Below are positions 34,010-38,123 of a DNA stretch of 38,123 bases, in pieces. The notes beneath the pieces are model-generated. The model was given only the letters and a program-made list of their open reading frames with translations. It had not been told where the DNA came from and did no database searches. The translations under genes and the position numbers were made by a program. Numbering within the stretch: the stretch's first letter is position 1; each line of letters opens with the position of its first letter. The stretch is from Candidatus Wolfebacteria bacterium. Its GTDB lineage: Bacteria > Patescibacteriota > Minisyncoccia > UBA6257 > JAGOQP01. The DNA lies in the NCBI GenBank assembly GCA_027350645.1, contig DAIEKJ010000002.1, positions 1 through 38,123 on the forward strand, given 5' to 3'.

Positions 34010-35730
34010 TACCGGCCCAACGCCCGGAACATACCGCCCGCCGCCCCGCCGCCAAAAGCGCCGGCGCGAGACGCATTGGATTGCGTCGAAGCAGTCGTTA
34101 CCTGCGAAGTAACCGTCTGGGTAACCACAAGATCGCCAGCGGCAAGACCGGCGGTAATTTCCGTATCGGTATCGTTCGCATCACCCACCGTCACTGTCTG
34201 ACGGCGCGGAGCAGTGGCGGAAAGATACATCGCCGAACTGCTGGAAGCGGGCGTGATTGCGTTTTTATCAAGAACCAGCACGTAGCTTTGGCCGCCCTGC
34301 GTTTTTATCGCGCCATTGGGAACCGTGAGCACATTCTGATCCACTTTGGTGATAATGTTGGCCGTGACGCTCATCCCCGACTTCACCCGCGCGTCCTGCG
34401 TATCAAACGCGATTTTGACGGTGTAATTAACCACGCCCTGCGTTGCGGTACCCACCGTATCAACCTCGGCAACGGTACCGGCAATCGATAAGCCGTCAAC
34501 CGCATCAAATGTCAGCATCGCCTTTTCTCCCATCTGCACATTAACCACATCGACTTCATTGAGCGAAATCTCGGCAATCTTTTTCTGCGAGACCAGCGTT
34601 GCCACCGCCGTTCCAGACGACGCCTGATCCCCCACCTGCACATCAAGCGCCGCGATTTGTCCGGCAAACGGCGCGGTGACGACGGTGTTATCAAGAGCAT
34701 TCTGCGCCGACTGCAGTTGCGCCTTTGCCGACGTCAACTGCGCCTGCGCCGATTCAATATCTTCCTGCTGCGGCGGCGCAACCTGAACCGCCAGCGACGC
34801 CTCCGCCTGCTGTAATGAAAGTTCCGCGTTGCGCGCCGACTGGTACGAACTCACCAGCGACGAAATAATTTGATTAATGCTCGTGCGAGCGCTGTCAACG
34901 GTTGATTTATCGTTGGCAATCGTCGAGGCGGTAAATCCGGGCATCGTGATCGCGCTGGTAAGCGCGTCCATTAAATGATTCGAGAGATCGCGCGTCGCCG
35001 ACAGATACGTCTGCGATTGCGCGACAGCCGCATCAAACTGGGCTGGCGATGATGTCGCCGACAGCGTTCCCAAAAGCGTCTGCCAGGCATCCACATCAGC
35101 CCCAACCGCGACCCTCGTCCACGTCGCATCAATACCCGCCTGCGTGTCGGACGTCTGGAATGTCAGCGTCGGATTGGCGCTCTGGCCATTGGAAAAAAGC
35201 GGATCCAGCTGGTTGCGCACGATGCCGTCGATTTGCGTGTACGAACTTTGCATCTGCATTAATAAATTCTGGTAGGCGTTTGCCAGCGCATCCTGCGCGG
35301 ACGTCACGGACAGTTGATCAACCGCCAATGATTGCGGCGTTGTCCCCGCCATCAATTTGTCATAATTCGCCTGCGCGGTCTGCAACGATGCCTGCGCTTG
35401 GATCAACGCCAACCGAGCGCTCTGCTGATCAAGCACGGCAATTGTTTGCCCCGCCGAAACGCGCTGGCCGCTGGCCACATCCACCGCAACCACTTGTCCG
35501 GAGGCCTGCGGCAAAATATCGATTTGATTCTGTCCCGATACCTGTCCCGTACCCGACACCGAGGTCACCAGCGTGCTGGTCGCCACCGTCGCAATGCCAT
35601 AGGTGGTTTCTTGCGTCCCTCCGGGAACGAGCAGGTAATACCCTCCCGCGACAACCGCCACGATCACCACCGCACTTATCACCTTATGCGCCTTACTGTA
35701 TAAAAATATTTTTTGTACGATTGATTTCAT
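34009..35730 (-). CDS. HlyD/MacA-family membrane-fusion (periplasmic adaptor) protein, long form
   Basis: The ATG at 35730 (MKSIVQKI...) was chosen. It has an N-terminal TM, the lipoyl-like half ILPQASGQVVAVDVASGQRVSAGQTIAVLD, a very long Ala/Gln-rich coiled coil, the second lipoyl half VTAPFAGQIAALDVQVGD, beta-barrel/MP domains and a Gly-rich tail. Confidence 0.88.
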   Translation of the reverse strand: MKSIVQKIFLYSKAHKVISAVVIVAVVAGGYYLLVPGGTQETTYGIATVATSTLVTSVSGTGQVSGQNQIDILPQASGQVVAVDVASGQRVSAGQTIAVLDQQSARLALIQAQASLQTAQANYDKLMAGTTPQSLAVDQLSVTSAQDALANAYQNLLMQMQSSYTQIDGIVRNQLDPLFSNGQSANPTLTFQTSDTQAGIDATWTRVAVGADVDAWQTLLGTLSATSSPAQFDAAVAQSQTYLSATRDLSNHLMDALTSAITMPGFTASTIANDKSTVDSARTSINQIISSLVSSYQSARNAELSLQQAEASLAVQVAPPQQEDIESAQAQLTSAKAQLQSAQNALDNTVVTAPFAGQIAALDVQVGDQASSGTAVATLVSQKKIAEISLNEVDVVNVQMGEKAMLTFDAVDGLSIAGTVAEVDTVGTATQGVVNYTVKIAFDTQDARVKSGMSVTANIITKVDQNVLTVPNGAIKTQGGQSYVLVLDKNAITPASSSSAMYLSATAPRRQTVTVGDANDTDTEITAGLAAGDLVVTQTVTSQVTTASTQSNASRAGAFGGGAAGGMFRALGR

Positions 35731-35953
35731 AATACTATGGTTACAGCCTCGCCGCCGGCGGCAAGACACTCTCCGCCTCTCTCCTCACCGCAGAAGCAAA
35801 GAGTGCCCCCGTGCCGCTCGACGCATTGCGCCGGCAACACCGCCACCTCCCTCGCTACTTACTACTACAACCGATAACGCCCATTATTTCACAAAAGAGT
35901 ATGCAAAAACGTGGGAATGAAACCAAAAACACGTACGGCGCGGCATCAACCCC

Positions 35954-36649
35954 TTACCACCGATCAACCCGGATTCCTTCCGCATAAACCGTGGATCCTT
36001 CCTGGTGTCCAAATACCACCACCGTATCCCCCGGACCAAACCCTGCATCGTCCGGTCCCATCCGCGTATCCGACGCGACAAGCACCGTCACCTGCATACC
36101 GGCTGGATCTTGCAATACAAACTGATTGCCATCGCGCGACATCACCGTCCCGCGATGAATGTCGAGAAAATGCGGCGCGCCAAAATCAAGATAGAATTGT
36201 CCGGGAAACGGCATGTGGTCGCGCCGCGCCGCGCGGAACGCCGCCCGTTGCAATGGAATAATAAACACGCTTCCGGCGATCGCCACCGCCAAAATGCCGA
36301 TCGTGAGATAGATAAGCGGTTCGCGATGCGCAAACGAAAATCGACGCACCAGCACTTCAAGCACCACCAAAAACAGGATCGCCCCGCCGATCAGAAGCCA
36401 CGGCAACGAACGGAAGAAGACAAACCATCCGTGCGATCCGAATCCCGGCGCAAGCCACACGCCGGTCTGCCGAAGGGAAAAAGCGATAAAGCTCCCCAAG
36501 TACAGCACCGCCAGCGCCGCCAGCGTCACCCCCAACACCAGCAAAACCGCGCGTAAAACAAAATGCCAGCGCGGACGCATCGTCACCCTGCCGCTGGAAA
36601 TAGCGGCAAGAATATTTTCTTTGATCGGTTTTTTTTGTTCGTTTTCCAT
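35954..36649 (-). CDS. Anti-sigma-like polytopic membrane protein with a C-terminal DUF5666-like domain
   Basis: It lies 14 nt downstream of ECF sigma copy 2. The N-terminus NILAAISSGRVTMRPRWHFVLRAVLLVLG is paralogous to the partial ORF at 1..207. It has about 4 TM helices. The C-domain reads GTVMSRDGNQFVLQDPAGMQVTVLVASDTRMG...GDTVVVFGHQEGSTVYAEGIRV. Confidence 0.65.
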   Translation of the reverse strand: MENEQKKPIKENILAAISSGRVTMRPRWHFVLRAVLLVLGVTLAALAVLYLGSFIAFSLRQTGVWLAPGFGSHGWFVFFRSLPWLLIGGAILFLVVLEVLVRRFSFAHREPLIYLTIGILAVAIAGSVFIIPLQRAAFRAARRDHMPFPGQFYLDFGAPHFLDIHRGTVMSRDGNQFVLQDPAGMQVTVLVASDTRMGPDDAGFGPGDTVVVFGHQEGSTVYAEGIRVDRW

Positions 36650-36663
36650 AGGTACGCGCTTCT

Positions 36664-37239
36664 TTATAGAGAAGTGCTATTTTTTTGCATGGCGCGCCCC
36701 AACGCCTCCCGCCCGCGCCGCAAACGGACGCCAACCGTCGATACCGGAATTTCCAGCACATCGGCAATTTCCTGATACTCGAGCTCTTCAAAATAATACA
36801 ACACCAACGGCTCGCGATATTTCGGATCGAGCGTTCCCAAAAATCCGTCAAGTTCCTGGCGCATCTGTTTGCGATCAACCTCATCCGTACTCGTTTCATC
36901 GGCAACCAAGTGCGGCAACAGGACGTCAAAATCCGGCAGGGCGATCGTCACCTTTCCCCTCTTCCGCTTAATCTCATTCATGCACTCATTGTGCGTGATG
37001 CGATACACCCACGACGAAAACTTCCGCGTCGCGTCAAAGCTCTGGATATTAACATACGCCTTAATGAGCGACTCCTGAACCGCGTCATCCGCCTCGTCGC
37101 CGTCCAAAAGAATTTTTTTTGCATACCGATGCAGGCGCGGCTCATACCGCTCCACCAAAACGCCAAAACGCTCGGCGTCGCCGCTCTGCACGCGTTTGAC
37201 AATCTCCTCATCGGCCAACGCCGCTATTTCCTGCGCCAT
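36664..37239 (-). CDS. ECF-type RNA polymerase sigma-70 family factor (copy 2)
   Basis: It has region 2 DDAVQESLIKAYVNIQSFDATRKFSSWVYRITHNECMNEIKRKRG and the region 4 HTH YREPLVLYYFEELEYQEIADVLEIPVSTVGVRLRRGREAL. The start at MAQEIA (37239) or MNMAQ (37245) lies directly behind a TATACT box. The track start at 37311 would include the promoter. Confidence 0.85.
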   Translation of the reverse strand: MAQEIAALADEEIVKRVQSGDAERFGVLVERYEPRLHRYAKKILLDGDEADDAVQESLIKAYVNIQSFDATRKFSSWVYRITHNECMNEIKRKRGKVTIALPDFDVLLPHLVADETSTDEVDRKQMRQELDGFLGTLDPKYREPLVLYYFEELEYQEIADVLEIPVSTVGVRLRRGREALGRAMQKNSTSL

Positions 37240-37247
37240 ATTCATCC

Positions 37248-37276
37248 AGTATACGGCCTCCATATCAATGATACAA
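37248..37276 (-). promoter_or_regulatory. Promoter of ECF sigma copy 2 (TTGTAT-17-TATACTGG)
   Basis: On the minus strand the -35 is TTGTAT (37271..37276), followed by a 17-nt spacer and the -10 TATACT (37248..37253). The ATG codons lie 2 and 8 nt downstream. Confidence 0.45.
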
Positions 37277-37436
37277 ATCTCTGGCCTGATTATTTCACCG
37301 CACGCCATCAATCATCGGCCGCCGCGCGCCATCACCGCCTGCCCACCGATAGGCAATCCATTTTATCCGCCATCCGTCCGCGCACGGAGCGCACCCCATG
37401 AACGGCAAACGAAAACGATAAAAAAATCAAAAACGC

Positions 37437-37583
37437 TTACGGTTTTTTGAGAAAATGGTAGGTGCCCAGGGCAATAAGCGCGGCCACCGCGATACCCATC
37501 GACACCATCGGATTGAGCATGGCCGAAAAAAGCACCAGGAGCGCCGCCAGCATTGCAATGACCCCCTCGATTTTGTTTGACAT
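37437..37583 (-). CDS. 48-aa hydrophobic micro-protein (hypothetical)
   Basis: The hand translation is MSNKIEGVIAMLAALLVLFSAMLNPMVSMGIAVAALIALGTYHFLKKP with a TAA stop. It lies 14 nt downstream of the SemiSWEET stop, on the same strand. It is below the ORF-track size cut-off and no SD is visible. Confidence 0.4.
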   Translation of the reverse strand: MSNKIEGVIAMLAALLVLFSAMLNPMVSMGIAVAALIALGTYHFLKKP

Positions 37584-37597
37584 GATTTTTTTATTTA

Positions 37598-37894
37598 TCA
37601 GTACGAATTTCCATCTGATTGGCCCCTTGTGCCATAGTGCAGTTTGAGAACCAGTTGCACAATGCTAATAACCAGCGATACGCCGTTCACCAAAATCATC
37701 GGCGGGGCTACGAGTAAAATCCCGTAGATCAGCCACAAAAGACAATTGAGCACGTACAACACCACCGTCGCCAGAGAAAGATCATCAACTTTTTTTGTTT
37801 TAATGGACTTGATCACCTGTGGCAACATCAGCGATATCCCAACCGCCGCGGCCATATAGCCAACGCCATTGGTAATAAGATCGTATGTGTTCAT
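37598..37894 (-). CDS. SemiSWEET / PQ-loop family transporter (3 TM, 98 aa)
   Basis: It has the PQ motif in TM1 (MLPQVIKSIKTKK), three TM helices and a size typical of bacterial SemiSWEETs. A good SD (AGGAGAATAAGGAA) lies upstream. Confidence 0.75.
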   Translation of the reverse strand: MNTYDLITNGVGYMAAAVGISLMLPQVIKSIKTKKVDDLSLATVVLYVLNCLLWLIYGILLVAPPMILVNGVSLVISIVQLVLKLHYGTRGQSDGNSY

Positions 37895-37952
37895 AGTATT
37901 TTCCTTATTCTCCTATTCGCGCGAATTAGAGAAGTAAATGTATGATAAAAAA

Positions 37953-38123
37953 CTACACCCAGTTTTCTTTGAGGTATCGCAAAAGCCATTCTTGCAATTT
38001 TTCTTTTGAAACAACACTTACATCATTTGCTTTTGCCAAATCCAGCGCCGGTTGCGTAAACTCGCTGGTCGTCACCACCATCGCCTTGTTACAGTTATAG
38101 AAATTCTTTGCGGCAACGGCTTC
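37953..38123 (-). CDS. C-terminal 56 codons of an Mrr-cat-like restriction endonuclease domain protein; the 5' part lies outside the window
   Basis: The hand translation is ...EAVAAKNFYNCNKAMVVTTSEFTQPALDLAKANDVSVVSKEKLQEWLLRYLKENWV*. The (g.ivTTs.FT..A...A....v.li) pattern is typical of the end of Mrr-type nuclease domains. The frame is open to the window edge. Confidence 0.5.
   Translation of the reverse strand, partial: EAVAAKNFYNCNKAMVVTTSEFTQPALDLAKANDVSVVSKEKLQEWLLRYLKENWV

Noticed and set aside
37462-37647. A 61-aa plus-strand track ORF.
   Set aside because: - The minus strand of the same region gives a cleaner hydrophobic 48-aa ORF, co-oriented with and 14 nt downstream of the SemiSWEET gene.
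- The plus-strand ORF also overlaps the SemiSWEET 3' end in antisense.
1-38123. CRISPR arrays, transposases, integrases, prophage or DGR/retron components. This includes tRNA-Pro as a possible integration site.
   Set aside because: - I found no direct-repeat/spacer periodicity.
- No reverse transcriptase, recombinase or transposase motif appears in any frame.
- The flanks of tRNA-Pro are a ribosomal protein gene and a membrane protein gene, each with an ordinary terminator.
1-38123. An alternative genetic code (UGA recoding, as in some candidate phyla).
   Set aside because: - TGA terminates several well-delimited genes (953, 9024, 9757, 37598).
- All conserved genes are full length under the standard code.

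Overview
This is a gene-dense 38.1-kb window with about 46 protein genes and one tRNA. All but two genes (3501..4793 and 30449..31189) are on the minus strand. I found no rRNA, CRISPR array, transposase, integrase or obvious prophage. The standard genetic code fits, because TGA works as a stop and conserved genes stay open.

Content, read 5' to 3' on the minus strand:
- A fragment of an Mrr-like nuclease, a SemiSWEET transporter and a 48-aa membrane micro-ORF.
- An ECF sigma factor with a membrane partner, followed by a MacA/MacB-like ABC efflux operon that ends in a small DUF5666-like protein.
- comFC on the plus strand, divergent from a complete secretin-less type IV pilus locus: pilM-N-O, a small protein, pilB-T-C, pilA, pilD and four minor pilins.
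- The pilus locus runs directly into ligA, a Cys-rich pilin-like gene and a split comEC (channel ORF plus a separate metallo-beta-lactamase ORF).
- Housekeeping genes: aspS, ndk, rpmB, tRNA-Pro(GGG), an M50 protease, rpsL-rpsG-fusA-rplM-rpsI, murA and an HD hydrolase.
- A second ECF sigma/membrane-partner pair at the window start.

The pilus locus without a secretin, the split ComEC, the AspRS lacking its insertion domain and the compact one-strand layout suggest a small-genome monoderm bacterium of the Patescibacteria/CPR type. That placement is inference only.

The most interesting items are:
- The extracytoplasmic domain of the anti-sigma-like protein resembles the small protein encoded at the end of the adjacent ABC operon.
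- The pilus, ligA, Cys-rich pilin, split ComEC and ComF genes form one DNA-uptake supercluster.
- A self-contained orphan gene with no recognisable domain lies between rpsL and the M50 protease.
- A 100-aa protein is built from five 17-residue repeats and is preceded by an sRNA-like promoter-to-terminator unit.
- TATACT -10 boxes recur 5-13 nt upstream of start codons, suggesting leaderless mRNAs.

No database search or folding could be run. All family calls rest on motifs read by eye.
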